From a virus, in the IMG/VR virus record IMGVR_UViG_3300026334_000001, positions 26,053 through 90,052 of that record: a stretch of DNA of 64,000 nucleotides; one strand, written 5' to 3'. The translations under genes and the position numbers were made by a program. The notes under the pieces were generated by a model. It did no database searches. It saw nothing but the letters and a program-made list of their open reading frames with translations, and was not told the origin of the DNA. Below, piece after piece: positions 38,219-47,814 of this stretch. Positions within the stretch are counted from its first letter, which is position 1, and every line of letters begins with the position of its first letter.

Positions 38219-39193
38219 CGTTCTATTTGTCTTAGATTACTCTAAGGATCGGACTATATCATCACTTTAATCTATAAAGATTAAAGGCTGGACGCTGTAT
38301 CTGGTTATTAAGGAAACTATATTCCTCCAGTAGTCTCTGAACCTTCATCAGATGTATCTGATGCTTGGCTGCTGATTGCCCTCGATTTCTTCGATAGGGT
38401 TTCCAGCAATTCATCCAGTTTTAATTGGTCTAGGTCTTTCTCAAAACACCATTTGAATCCATAAGCATTTCTATTATGTTTAACTGCTTCTCCTATTTTA
38501 TTTCCAGCTGTTTCTACTTTTCCTTTAATATTTAAAGTTTCAGCAGCAGCAGGAGCAGAAGAATAAACATCTAATACCTCTAATGTGTCTTTATCTAATT
38601 TAAAAACTCTTCCTTTTTTCCCATCATAATGTTTTCCTATTCTCTTTAATGAGGCTTCTAACATTATTTTTTTAGCTTCTTCTGTATGTTTTTTACCATA
38701 AAAAGGATGATTTTCTCCTTCAAATCTTCCTTTTAAAGAATTTGAAATTTTTTCTTTCACCTCTTGTGTTGGACTTATTCCAACATTCCATACTTTAAAT
38801 CCATTAATATAAAGCTCTTTTTTGGAAATACTCATTTTTTCTTTTGATTCCTCTGTATGTTTATATCCAGTAGTACTATTTACACTTGGAGAAATATTAT
38901 AGTATGGTTTATATGTATCTATATAATATTGCTCTCTTTCAAGTAATATTTCTATACTACATTCCTCTATAATATAAGCTTCAAATACCTCTCCATATTT
39001 GTTATACACATTTTGGAGTTTTGCATTTTCATGCTTACCTATTTTTAAACGAGAAAAATGAGAATTAATTCTGACTTTTAAATTATTAGTGCTACCTATA
39101 TAGATATCATCATTATAAGTATTTCTAAGCACATAAATTCCTGATTTTTTTGAGATTGTATCCATCCCGAAAGATACAATTAATTAGTGACAA
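38219..39193 (-). mobile_element. Group I intron (975 nt) carrying a GIY-YIG endonuclease
   Basis: Splicing restores GGFG-L-GSK (GGT T|TA GGT); IGS ACCUAGACCAA pairs with both exons; terminal G at 38219; canonical UUCAGAGACUA and GAUAUAGUCC; P3 CUGGAUG/CGUCCAG; P4 UUGCUG/CAGCAG. Confidence 0.92.
38317..39165 (-). CDS. Intron-encoded GIY-YIG homing endonuclease with NUMOD3-type repeats
   Basis: GIY...YIGS...R; HTEESKEKMS and HPFYGKKHTEE repeats; C-terminal AYGFKW. Confidence 0.9.
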   Translation of the reverse strand: MDTISKKSGIYVLRNTYNDDIYIGSTNNLKVRINSHFSRLKIGKHENAKLQNVYNKYGEVFEAYIIEECSIEILLEREQYYIDTYKPYYNISPSVNSTTGYKHTEESKEKMSISKKELYINGFKVWNVGISPTQEVKEKISNSLKGRFEGENHPFYGKKHTEEAKKIMLEASLKRIGKHYDGKKGRVFKLDKDTLEVLDVYSSAPAAAETLNIKGKVETAGNKIGEAVKHNRNAYGFKWCFEKDLDQLKLDELLETLSKKSRAISSQASDTSDEGSETTGGI

Positions 39194-39554
39194 AACCAAA
39201 TCCTCCTATGAGGTCATTCGTATTACGCTTTGTTGAAGATAAATATTGTAAAAATACTCCGTCAATAACTGTGGGTGACATACCTAAGCCCACATCTTTA
39301 AATATGATGTAATAGCTTCCTTCTTCATATCCCCCCTTAATTACAACTGCATCATCAACCTTAGCTTCTGTATGAGAATCAAAACAATTTGATGTTATCT
39401 CTCTTACAATAGATCCTGTTGGATCTGAATAGAATTTACTAGATACTAGTTCAAAGAAAAGAGAAAGATTTTCAGTCTTTAGACTTGCCTCTTTCTCTTC
39501 AAAACCACATCCAGATTCTTCTATTTCTAGTTCATTAACTTGAAATATCTGCAT
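39194..39554 (-). CDS. rIIA-like GHKL ATPase, exon 1
   Basis: YSDPTGSIVREITSNCFDSH...DVGLGMS...SSTKR...IGGFG (Bergerat-fold motifs). Confidence 0.85.
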
Positions 39555-39750
39555 CTTTGAATACGTTATTAGATGTTTCCCAATTATTAATTATCTTATT
39601 TAATAAAACTATAGAATCATTCACCATAGATTTTTCTATTATTGTCAAATGATCTTTATCGAAAAATTGTAAAGTTTTAAGTGCTAAGGCTACTCTACCT
39701 TTAGAGCTACCCCTTCTCCACCAGAAGTCTTGTTTAGGCGATCTTTCCAT
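39535..39750 (-). CDS. Hypothetical protein
   Basis: 71-aa ORF overlapping its neighbours. Confidence 0.5.
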   Translation of the reverse strand: MERSPKQDFWWRRGSSKGRVALALKTLQFFDKDHLTIIEKSMVNDSIVLLNKIINNWETSNNVFKDADISS

Positions 39751-40256
39751 TATCTTTTAGATTGATGATCTTTACGAAAAGTTTTCATATCTTTATAAGC
39801 TCTAAATCCATAACTAGATTTGTTATTGATGTATTGTAATAACTTAGATTTACATTCATCTACTCTAGTAAAATCATATCTTGCTTTAAAGTTTGTAAGA
39901 CATGCTAATAGAGTTGACTTATCCATATTAATTACAACACTAAATACACCTACTTTAGTTTCAACTTCTACTTCTCTGAAAGTATCTAATGGAGTACCAG
40001 AAGCTAAAGCAGAATCATTCAATTTTGCTTTTAACTTTACTATCTGCTGCTGATTCTGAAACCTAACTTTCTTTAACTCTGCTATCTCTACCTCTTGTTC
40101 TCTTACCTTAAGTCTTAAGTTAAATTGTGGATGTTTGAGAATACCAATCCCGAAATAATGCAAACATTTCTCAAATCCTTTTTTGAATTCCTCACTTGCA
40201 GAATCATCATAATTCTGCTTGTAGATTGTATCTACGGTTTCATATACCTCAAACAT
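39750..40256 (-). CDS. Hypothetical protein
   Basis: 168-aa ORF with a central coiled coil. Confidence 0.6.
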   Translation of the reverse strand: MFEVYETVDTIYKQNYDDSASEEFKKGFEKCLHYFGIGILKHPQFNLRLKVREQEVEIAELKKVRFQNQQQIVKLKAKLNDSALASGTPLDTFREVEVETKVGVFSVVINMDKSTLLACLTNFKARYDFTRVDECKSKLLQYINNKSSYGFRAYKDMKTFRKDHQSKR

Positions 40257-40429
40257 AGTTTTAATTAGTTAATAACTTGTAAATAAATAGCTTAAATTTG
40301 TACCACTTAAATTTGATAACATTTTTAAACGTGAATAACTCTTCTATCTTTCTTACTTTCCTATTTGATTCATCATACTCAAAAAGAACCCAGTATATCT
40401 TACGAGCTACTGGATTAAGTGGTGGTTTT

Positions 40430-41629
40430 CTAACTCTCATAATTTCTAAACGCTATTGCTATAGGAAATCTAGGTAACTTACTATCAGTAATACCAAAAT
40501 GCTTAATTGTTAAAGGTAAACCTATAAGTCCCAATTCTGCGGAATAAAGTTCTTCTTTATATTTTAATCCTCCAGACACCTTAGCTTTAAATTGAGTTAA
40601 AATAGCGCCTTCTGATGATTTACATACAGCAATAAGATCTTCTACTCCTCTAGCACCATATTCAAATCCTATAAATTCAAATTCTGTAGCATCAAATTCC
40701 TTGTATTTAAGAAGATTCTTTGATCTGAATCCCTGCTCATATATAGAATTTTTCATCCTCAACATTACACCTTCATAACCTAATTCTATATAAACAGAAA
40801 ATAATGATTGTACCTCTTCTTTATCTGCTACTTCATATGTTTTAACTGTAGATATATGTACACTCAATATATTTTTAATATGGTCTTTAACTTCTAATAC
40901 TCTTTCTTCTTGATTATTTTCATTAACTATATCATATACTCTATATGAAAGAAACTTAGTATTATCATTATTCTTCTTTACTGCTGATACTATATCTTGA
41001 AATGACATAATATCACCATGAGCATATATCTCACCATCAAAAATAAATGGTTCAAATGACCCAAGATCTTTTAATTCTTCTACATAATTAGATATATCTT
41101 CTTTAATATGATCTAATGTAGTATATTCTTTACCACTTCTAGATAAGAAAGTAATATCATCTACATCGTTAACAATACATAAACATCTAACCCCATCCAA
41201 TTTAGGTTGAAGATAACAAGGGAATTTTACATTAGACCAATCTTCTTTAACGGCTTGGGCTAACATTGGTTTTACATTACCCTTTGCATCTGTATTGAAT
41301 TTAGGAAGGTATTGTTCTAATATATATTCTAACTGACAATCTTCTAGGATTGTTGTAGGTATCTTAAGATCTTCTATTGAAATATAGCCATCATCTTTTT
41401 TCTTTCTCCATGATGAAACAGCTTCAGCAATAGCTTGATCATAAATAGATCTATTTTGTTTTCCTTCAGCTATATTCTCTACATATCTTTGTTTCTTTCC
41501 ATCTAACTGTCCTTGTAATGTAATTATTTGAACTTCTTCTGTAGATAATATTTTTTCTACTGATATTAACCATGACTGAATTTTCCCAGTCTTGGTTCTT
41601 TTATATAATTTCTCTAAAGTAACATTCAT
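40430..41629 (-). CDS. ATP-dependent DNA ligase
   Basis: QPKLDGVR, FDGEIY, YEGVMLR, LLKYK and PRFP motifs. Confidence 0.92.
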   Translation of the reverse strand: MNVTLEKLYKRTKTGKIQSWLISVEKILSTEEVQIITLQGQLDGKKQRYVENIAEGKQNRSIYDQAIAEAVSSWRKKKDDGYISIEDLKIPTTILEDCQLEYILEQYLPKFNTDAKGNVKPMLAQAVKEDWSNVKFPCYLQPKLDGVRCLCIVNDVDDITFLSRSGKEYTTLDHIKEDISNYVEELKDLGSFEPFIFDGEIYAHGDIMSFQDIVSAVKKNNDNTKFLSYRVYDIVNENNQEERVLEVKDHIKNILSVHISTVKTYEVADKEEVQSLFSVYIELGYEGVMLRMKNSIYEQGFRSKNLLKYKEFDATEFEFIGFEYGARGVEDLIAVCKSSEGAILTQFKAKVSGGLKYKEELYSAELGLIGLPLTIKHFGITDSKLPRFPIAIAFRNYES

Positions 41630-41913
41630 TTTTTTCTTCCTTTACTTCGGTTATAATTTAACTTACTTTTTACTCCTCCAAAATAAATAATCCAATTTCT
41701 TTCAACTTCATTAACATTTGTACCAGTATACAATACCGTGAATTCAAATGCCTTTTCTCCTAGAAGATTATAATCTTGCTGTAATTCTTTATTAAAATGA
41801 CGTATGTTTCTTAATTGATGTAAATGAGAACTCCATCGAGTCTTTAGATTCTTTGCTTGACCTATATATACTCGACCAGAATATCTATTCACTATCGCAT
41901 AAACTCCTGTCAT
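41626..41913 (-). CDS. Small GIY-YIG nuclease
   Basis: GVY...YIGQ...R...E...YN. Confidence 0.8.
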   Translation of the reverse strand: MTGVYAIVNRYSGRVYIGQAKNLKTRWSSHLHQLRNIRHFNKELQQDYNLLGEKAFEFTVLYTGTNVNEVERNWIIYFGGVKSKLNYNRSKGRKK

Positions 41914-42077
41914 TCTAGATCTTCAAAACTAATTACTTCCAGACAAGTATTACAACATTTACCTTTAAATTTACCAGTATGGAATTCCTTCTCTACTGGT
42001 TCTCCTTTACAAGTTTCGCAATTTGCTATTCTTCGTTGTCTTGCTCTGTTGTTTGTTGTTCCTTTTCGCTTTGCCAT
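41910..42077 (-). CDS. Small CxxC...CxxC zinc-finger protein (55 aa; not in ORF track)
   Basis: MAKRKG...CETC...CCNTC; its stop overlaps the GIY-YIG start (ATGA). Confidence 0.55.
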   Translation of the reverse strand: MAKRKGTTNNRARQRRIANCETCKGEPVEKEFHTGKFKGKCCNTCLEVISFEDLE

Positions 42078-42217
42078 TGATTATCTATTTTAGATTCTAA
42101 AACTTCACATTCGATATCTATACATTGAGTACCTATCGCTCTAATATTTTGAAGTTTATGACATAATATTTGATACCTAGTACTAAATATTTCTCTTACT
42201 TGTTGAGCTGTTGTCAT
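42026..42217 (-). CDS. Hypothetical protein
   Basis: 63-aa ORF directly downstream of polA. Confidence 0.45.
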   Translation of the reverse strand: MTTAQQVREIFSTRYQILCHKLQNIRAIGTQCIDIECEVLESKIDNQWQSEKEQQTTEQDNEE

Positions 42218-42227
42218 ATCTTCAATC

Positions 42228-44309
42228 TTATTTAACCCAACAACGCGCTACATGCGCATCTGCTTTCATCTCTGTAAATCCTTCTAAGTATCTTGTTGCT
42301 ACTTCTCCCATAATTCTTTCAACATGTTTGCTGTTATCTTTTCCTTTATGTTTCATTACAATCTCATCATGAACTTGTAGTAACATTTGACCTTCTAGAT
42401 TATTATCTCTAAAATACCTATCTATTTCTACCATCGCCTCTTTAATCATGTCGCTCTGCGTTCCCTGAATGCGGGTGTTGCGCGCTTCTGAACCAGCCAT
42501 AGACATCTCTTCTTTAGAAGGATCAGAAAACATCCTCGGAAACCATCTTCTTGAATTAGTTCTTGTATTATGTAAGACTTTTCCTGTTTGATGACATTCT
42601 AATGTAGCTCTTTCTACCATCTTAAATGTTTCTGGAATCTTATTTTTGATGATATCAATAACTATCTGTGCTTCTTCTTCTGATATATTGATAGTCTTAG
42701 CTACAGTTGTAGCTTTAGCACCATAAACAACTCCAAATGTTACAGATTTAAATGCATCTCTAATATTCTTATTTACTTTTTTACTGACTTCGTAAGTCTT
42801 AGATAATTCTAGAAGCTTTTTATACTTCTCTGATTCTTTATCCTTTACTTTTGATGCTTTATTAGCAAATATAGCTCTCCAACATAAAGTAGCCATAGGT
42901 GAATGCAAATCATCTTCTTCAACAGCCCACTTATATAGATTAGCATCTTTAGCAAATGCACACATAATGATAGTTTCAGCACCTACTAAATCGCTTGATG
43001 TTATCCACCAATCATTATCTATTTCTTCTTGTGTTAAAGTAAAGCAATTTCTATAATCATTACTCTTTGGAATCTGTTGTGAATTATAATAGCCATGCTC
43101 TTCATCTCCACTAGCTAATCTTCCAGTTGATGTCATGCATTGCCTATAAATAGTATGAATCTTATTTGTTATCTTATTTAGATAACCTATCTTGGTAGTA
43201 GAACCTTTACCAATAGAATAATTAATGAATCTTTCTCCAAATGAATTTAATTTCTTATCCACCTCTTTGTAAAAGAGGAGTAATCTAATAAATTCATTTA
43301 AAATTGTATGACTATTATCATTAAGATATAGATTTAAAGCTCCTATACCAACTGAATCTTTTTCTTCATAAACCTTTTTATAACCTTCTTTTCTTTTAGT
43401 TACTATAGTAGGTCTTTCTATCTTAAGCTTGTCAAATAATTCAAGTATTTGTTTAGGTGATGAATAATTAATCTTAGCTTTATTCGGAGCTTCTTTAATA
43501 GATGATCCACCAAATATATCAAATTGATTAACTTCTATTTTATGCCTTTCAAGCCTAAATTTCTTCTCTATTAGACCTGCATTCATCAACTCTTCATCCA
43601 TCTGACATTCTAACTCGAACATCTTTTTCTTATTAGCCTCAATATTCTGCTTCCATTTCTCTTTATCTAATGTGAAACCTTCTAGTTCCATATCAGCTAA
43701 GATTGGTATTAAAGGCAATTCTATCTTCTCTATAAGGAATCGTATATCGAATTTATCTATATACGCTTTCTGCTTCTCTCTCAATTCAAATAAAGTAAAC
43801 ACATCATTTGCTGCATATTCTATATGTCTATTCTCAAACATAAATGATGCATCTTTATTAGCGAACTCTTCTCTAGTATCCTTACTTTGAGGAAACATCT
43901 TTCCACATCTTCTCTCATAAGAATCTTTTAAGTTATTCAAACGACCAGAACCAAGACCTAATCTTTGCTCTACTACCATTGTATCATATACATTACGTAT
44001 ATCAACACCTTGTCGTCTAGCAATTTTAATATCAATCTTAATATTATGACCTATGAATAGCTTATGTTTAAATGGCTCCAGATAATCTAACCTAGTGTAA
44101 CAAAGATCATCTACAACAAACTGATTATGTTGATCTCCTAAAACTGTTAATAGTGGAACTGCATAGAATTCATTGATCTTCGTAAATTCTTTATCCAATC
44201 CTATTACTTCTAGAGATGAAAGATATGAATTAAGATGATCTAAGTTATCTTCAATAGTTATGAACTGGGAGTTCACATTATACTTCCTAGTTGTTATAAA
44301 ATAAATCAT
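42228..44309 (-). CDS. polA: Family A DNA polymerase with 3'-5' exonuclease domain
   Basis: Exonuclease motifs GLDKE, GHNIKID, YAAND; TGRLAS; RDAFKSVTFGVVYG; IQGTQSD; QVHDEI. Confidence 0.92.
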   Translation of the reverse strand: MIYFITTRKYNVNSQFITIEDNLDHLNSYLSSLEVIGLDKEFTKINEFYAVPLLTVLGDQHNQFVVDDLCYTRLDYLEPFKHKLFIGHNIKIDIKIARRQGVDIRNVYDTMVVEQRLGLGSGRLNNLKDSYERRCGKMFPQSKDTREEFANKDASFMFENRHIEYAANDVFTLFELREKQKAYIDKFDIRFLIEKIELPLIPILADMELEGFTLDKEKWKQNIEANKKKMFELECQMDEELMNAGLIEKKFRLERHKIEVNQFDIFGGSSIKEAPNKAKINYSSPKQILELFDKLKIERPTIVTKRKEGYKKVYEEKDSVGIGALNLYLNDNSHTILNEFIRLLLFYKEVDKKLNSFGERFINYSIGKGSTTKIGYLNKITNKIHTIYRQCMTSTGRLASGDEEHGYYNSQQIPKSNDYRNCFTLTQEEIDNDWWITSSDLVGAETIIMCAFAKDANLYKWAVEEDDLHSPMATLCWRAIFANKASKVKDKESEKYKKLLELSKTYEVSKKVNKNIRDAFKSVTFGVVYGAKATTVAKTINISEEEAQIVIDIIKNKIPETFKMVERATLECHQTGKVLHNTRTNSRRWFPRMFSDPSKEEMSMAGSEARNTRIQGTQSDMIKEAMVEIDRYFRDNNLEGQMLLQVHDEIVMKHKGKDNSKHVERIMGEVATRYLEGFTEMKADAHVARCWVK

Positions 44310-44333
44310 GATCTTTAAGACTTTAGTTAATGA

Positions 44334-44363
44334 AAACCCTGTTAATATTAATTAACAGGGTTT
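44334..44363 (-). terminator. Intrinsic terminator
   Basis: AAACCCTGTTAAT...ATTAACAGGGTTT inverted repeat. Confidence 0.75.
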
Positions 44364-44391
44364 AAATAAATACATTATCAATTAAAGCACC

Positions 44392-44715
44392 TTATTCAGT
44401 TGGCTTACCCATGTCAACCCACTTATAATAATACTTTACTTGTTTAGCATGACCAGTTTCTCTTAAAACTTTACATGCCATTTCAATTGCTGAACAAACT
44501 AACGCATCCCTATCTTCTTCACTTTCATCCCAAAGTAATTTAGGATTAGCTGCAAAGCCAGATACAATTCTAGTAGCAGTTTTCATAAGTTTTTTAAACT
44601 TATTCTTTAGTTTCTTCTTTTTCTTCTTTTTGTCTTTCTTGTGTTCTGAATCTTTCTTTTCTTTAACAACTTTGGTATCTGATACCTCCATTGCTTGAGT
44701 AGCGTAATCTTCCAT
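44392..44715 (-). CDS. Hypothetical protein with poly-Lys segment; paralog of the next gene
   Basis: KKDKKKKKKLKNK, then ...SGFAANP...AIE...TGHAKQVKYYYKWV. Confidence 0.65.
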   Translation of the reverse strand: MEDYATQAMEVSDTKVVKEKKDSEHKKDKKKKKKKLKNKFKKLMKTATRIVSGFAANPKLLWDESEEDRDALVCSAIEMACKVLRETGHAKQVKYYYKWVDMGKPTE

Positions 44716-44780
44716 ATTTATAAAATATTTTATATATCAAAATACAAAATATTTTAAAGAAAAATTAGGCTATTTTTTAC

Positions 44781-45194
44781 TTAAAGATTAGGATTCTCAT
44801 TAACCCAATTGTAATATTCTTTTACCAGTTCTGAATGACCAGTTTTAGAGAAGATTCTAGCAGCTACTTCAATAGCTTGATTAGCTATAATCTCTGTAGC
44901 ATTAGGAGTTGCATTATTAGATAACATACCAGATGCTATACATATAGATGCTTGTGTAATACTTTGAAATTTAACAGCTGGAGAATTCATTCTTTCTATT
45001 TGTTTCTTTAAAGCTTCTAGAGCAGGATTAAGAACTTCTTGTTCCTCTTTTGTAAACTCAATCTCTTTTGGTAATTCTTCTTCAATATTTTCTTCCTCTG
45101 TAAATATTTCTTCTACAACTGGGGAACCAGAAGCTTCACCAACTATAGGTGTGTTTTCTGTTGTTTCTTCTTTTGGAGTGCTTTCGTGTTTCAT
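44781..45194 (-). CDS. Hypothetical protein with acidic N-terminus; paralog of the previous gene
   Basis: ATG at 45194 (MKHE); EEIFTEEENIEEE, then ...SGMLSN...AIE...TGHSELVKEYYNWV. Confidence 0.65.
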   Translation of the reverse strand: MKHESTPKEETTENTPIVGEASGSPVVEEIFTEEENIEEELPKEIEFTKEEQEVLNPALEALKKQIERMNSPAVKFQSITQASICIASGMLSNNATPNATEIIANQAIEVAARIFSKTGHSELVKEYYNWVNENPNL

Positions 45195-45216
45195 TTTGAA
45201 TATATTTTTTTGAAAG

Positions 45217-45552
45217 TTACAAATTATCAAGCTTTTCTTTTAGTTTTTTGTTAGCTAATCCAACTTTCTCCAAGTCTGATTCCTTATCACTCGCTTTCTT
45301 TATAAAGAATGCTGGAGAATGTGGGAGTGAATATATACCAATAGCATTATTCTCTCTTTCTAACATTCTACGTTGAAATTTTAATCTACTTAAAATATCC
45401 TCATATACTTCATCATCTATCCAAGCAGTCTTATATCTCTGAATATCTTCAGAATGATTATTAAGAATATCTACTATTTCTTTAGCAGCTAAATTCTTAA
45501 TGTTAAACATCTGATCTTTATAACTCTTGAAGTATAGCTTCAGTTTTCTCAT
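45217..45552 (-). CDS. Hypothetical protein
   Basis: 111-aa ORF. Confidence 0.55.
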   Translation of the reverse strand: MRKLKLYFKSYKDQMFNIKNLAAKEIVDILNNHSEDIQRYKTAWIDDEVYEDILSRLKFQRRMLERENNAIGIYSLPHSPAFFIKKASDKESDLEKVGLANKKLKEKLDNL

Positions 45553-45853
45553 CTTTGTTTAATTCTTTTAACTTTCTTTTAATTGACGTACCAATCGTTT
45601 TCACTAAATATTGATATTTATTACCAAAATCTATATGTGCTTTAGATGTTCCAGCAGCACTAAATATACTAGGTATTAATTTTCTATGTTTAATCTCTGC
45701 CCTTAATTCCTCTTCCAATTGAACATCTATTTCCAGCTGCTTAATTGTATCCATCTGTCTTCGTTGCACTAATAATAAAGCACTTTGAAGATGATCATTT
45801 TCCATATCTGACATAGGCATAAAACCCCTATCTTTTGTTTTCCAAAGTTTCAT
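45518..45853 (-). CDS. Hypothetical protein
   Basis: 111-aa ORF; WKTKD...MSDMENDHL N-terminus. Confidence 0.6.
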   Translation of the reverse strand: MKLWKTKDRGFMPMSDMENDHLQSALLLVQRRQMDTIKQLEIDVQLEEELRAEIKHRKLIPSIFSAAGTSKAHIDFGNKYQYLVKTIGTSIKRKLKELNKDEKTEAILQEL

Positions 45854-45880
45854 TCTGTAATGAATTAGATTAATGAAATT

Positions 45881-45903
45881 AAAGGGAGCTATTAACTCCC
45901 TTT
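45881..45903 (-). terminator. Intrinsic terminator (copy of the 28494 hairpin)
   Basis: AAAGGGAG-ctattaa-CTCCCTTT. Confidence 0.7.
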
Positions 45904-45908
45904 ATTAA

Positions 45909-46565
45909 TTACATAACTTCTACTGATGCAGTTTCCTTAACTGTTGCAGCTGTAAGATCAATTGATGGAATATTTTGTTTAACTTCTACACGATAGTCAA
46001 CATCAGATTTACCATCTTTACTGAATTCAATACGTCTGTACACTTTCTTTCCATTCTCTTCAATAACAGTACCTTCAGAGTTTTTAACTACCTGACGATC
46101 TGCTACATTTTGACGGAAAGCTTCTGCACATTGATCATTCCATCTTCCTGTCACATCTAATCCATTTTCTTCTTGGAATGTAATGTTGAAAGCTTCACTT
46201 GTAAATCCATCAGCCGTAACCTTATTTTGCTCTTCTGTCAAAATAGGATTATTAGATAAAATCTTGTAAAGGACTGCATCTGGCATAGATTGAATCTGTG
46301 CTAATACACTTGCTTCATCAATTCCTGTTGGAACTGTAACCCAAGCAACTCTGGTTTCATTAAATGAAGCTCCAGAACCTAAATCTTCTACTGCAAATAA
46401 ACCATCTGCAAGACTGTTAAATCCTTTTGTAGATGGATATTCTTTAGTAATTACTTGACGCAATTGAGCTTGATCAGTCTTACCATTAATTGATGGCTTG
46501 ATATTGTCAACTGTAATTGCATTGAAAATTGTTTTAACTCCTGATTGTGAAATAATAGTTTTCAT
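45909..46565 (-). CDS. Hypothetical protein (218 aa), own transcription unit
   Basis: Long ORF followed by a terminator. Confidence 0.65.
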   Translation of the reverse strand: MKTIISQSGVKTIFNAITVDNIKPSINGKTDQAQLRQVITKEYPSTKGFNSLADGLFAVEDLGSGASFNETRVAWVTVPTGIDEASVLAQIQSMPDAVLYKILSNNPILTEEQNKVTADGFTSEAFNITFQEENGLDVTGRWNDQCAEAFRQNVADRQVVKNSEGTVIEENGKKVYRRIEFSKDGKSDVDYRVEVKQNIPSIDLTAATVKETASVEVM

Positions 46566-46952
46566 TTTCTTTTAAATTAACTTGTAAATTAATATGTCAG
46601 TTTATACAATTTGCACTCCAAATTGTTAAAGAGTTTATGATTGATTTATAGAATCTGCAAAAACAAGGAAAGTAGAAATTCATCTACTTTCCTAAAAGGG
46701 TTGATCGGGCATCACTCCGATTAACGTTCCACCACTCTAATTTTTGGCATGGTATTAGAGAACCATATAAAAATTTTTATAATTCCTTGACAACAAGAAA
46801 CTTAATATGTATATTTTAAATAAAAACCGATGTAAGTAGTTAGGCACTCTCATTAATACATCAAATAGTTTGTATGTATTGATACTACAACAAAAGAAAA
46901 CACAATAACAAAAAACAAATCTATTATTTCACGCTTTCTAAATTTATATATT

Positions 46953-47771
46953 ATGAATCCAGTAATTAGTCCTGAATCATATCAGGTTGCAGCAGGTCCA
47001 GGCGCAGGTGGCGGCTTTGGAGGTGGAGGCTTTGGTGCTTTCGGTCTTGTAGGTTTAATTGGTCTTTTAGGTCGTAGAGGTCTTGGTGGTGGTGATGATG
47101 ATTGTCCCCGTAGTGATAATGGCGGAGGTGCTTTAGGTCACATTGCTATTCTTCAGAAACTTGGAGATATCCAAAACGAGATTGCTACTGATAGTTGTGA
47201 TGTACAAGCAGCTATTGCAGCTGCTACATCTAGTTTAAAAGATAGTACTCAGAATCAAACTTTGTTTTTACAAGGTATTTTGAATACTAATCAATTATCT
47301 GGTCTACAGGCTCTTGCTAATGTTAAAGATACAGTCCAAGCAGGTATAGCTATTAATACACAACAATTGTGTAATCTTAGTTCAGCCATGCAAGAAGGTT
47401 TCTGTGAAGTTAAAACAACAGTTCATACCGATGGAGAAGCTACTCGTGCATTAATTAATGCTATCAATAGCGAAACCTTAAATCGTCAATTGACTGATGC
47501 CAAAAATGAGTTAATTGAATTACGTACTGAAGGTCGTAGTCGTGGTTTTGCTAGAGAAACAGAAGTTACTGTAACTCAAAACGTTAATCAGAATCAACAA
47601 CAACAACAGCAGCAACAACAATTCAATGACGTACATCGTAGATTGAATGAGTTGATCTTTGCTTTTGAGATTCAGAATCAACGTCAACAAGCAGCTAATA
47701 GAACTGTACAGTTTGGTACCGGAAATATTGCAACGCCCTCAAATACAAACACAGCTAACCAAGTTGGTTAA
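46953..47771 (+). CDS. Gly-rich membrane-segment, coiled-coil, poly-Gln protein on the opposite strand
   Basis: GGGFGGGGFGAFGLVGLIGLLG, long helical region, Q10 tract; own terminator. Confidence 0.8.
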   Translation: MNPVISPESYQVAAGPGAGGGFGGGGFGAFGLVGLIGLLGRRGLGGGDDDCPRSDNGGGALGHIAILQKLGDIQNEIATDSCDVQAAIAAATSSLKDSTQNQTLFLQGILNTNQLSGLQALANVKDTVQAGIAINTQQLCNLSSAMQEGFCEVKTTVHTDGEATRALINAINSETLNRQLTDAKNELIELRTEGRSRGFARETEVTVTQNVNQNQQQQQQQQQFNDVHRRLNELIFAFEIQNQRQQAANRTVQFGTGNIATPSNTNTANQVG

Positions 47772-47814
47772 TTAAAAGATTGCCGATAACGGTGATATCC
47801 TTGAGAGGGAGAAG

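Noticed and set aside
33934-39554. ORFs 33934-34332, 35518-35853, 36306-37781 and 39180-39554 as four independent genes or pseudogenes
   Set aside because: They are exons of two intron-split genes; the junctions restore conserved motifs and have P1/P10 pairings.
28494-45903. Duplicated GGGAGCTATTAACTCCC hairpin as a mobile-element end
   Set aside because: Both copies are in the same orientation directly after stop codons with U-tracts, so they are reused terminators.
47594-47622. CAA/CAG run as a phase-variable repeat
   Set aside because: Trinucleotide, in frame and interrupted; it encodes poly-Gln and cannot frameshift by unit slippage.
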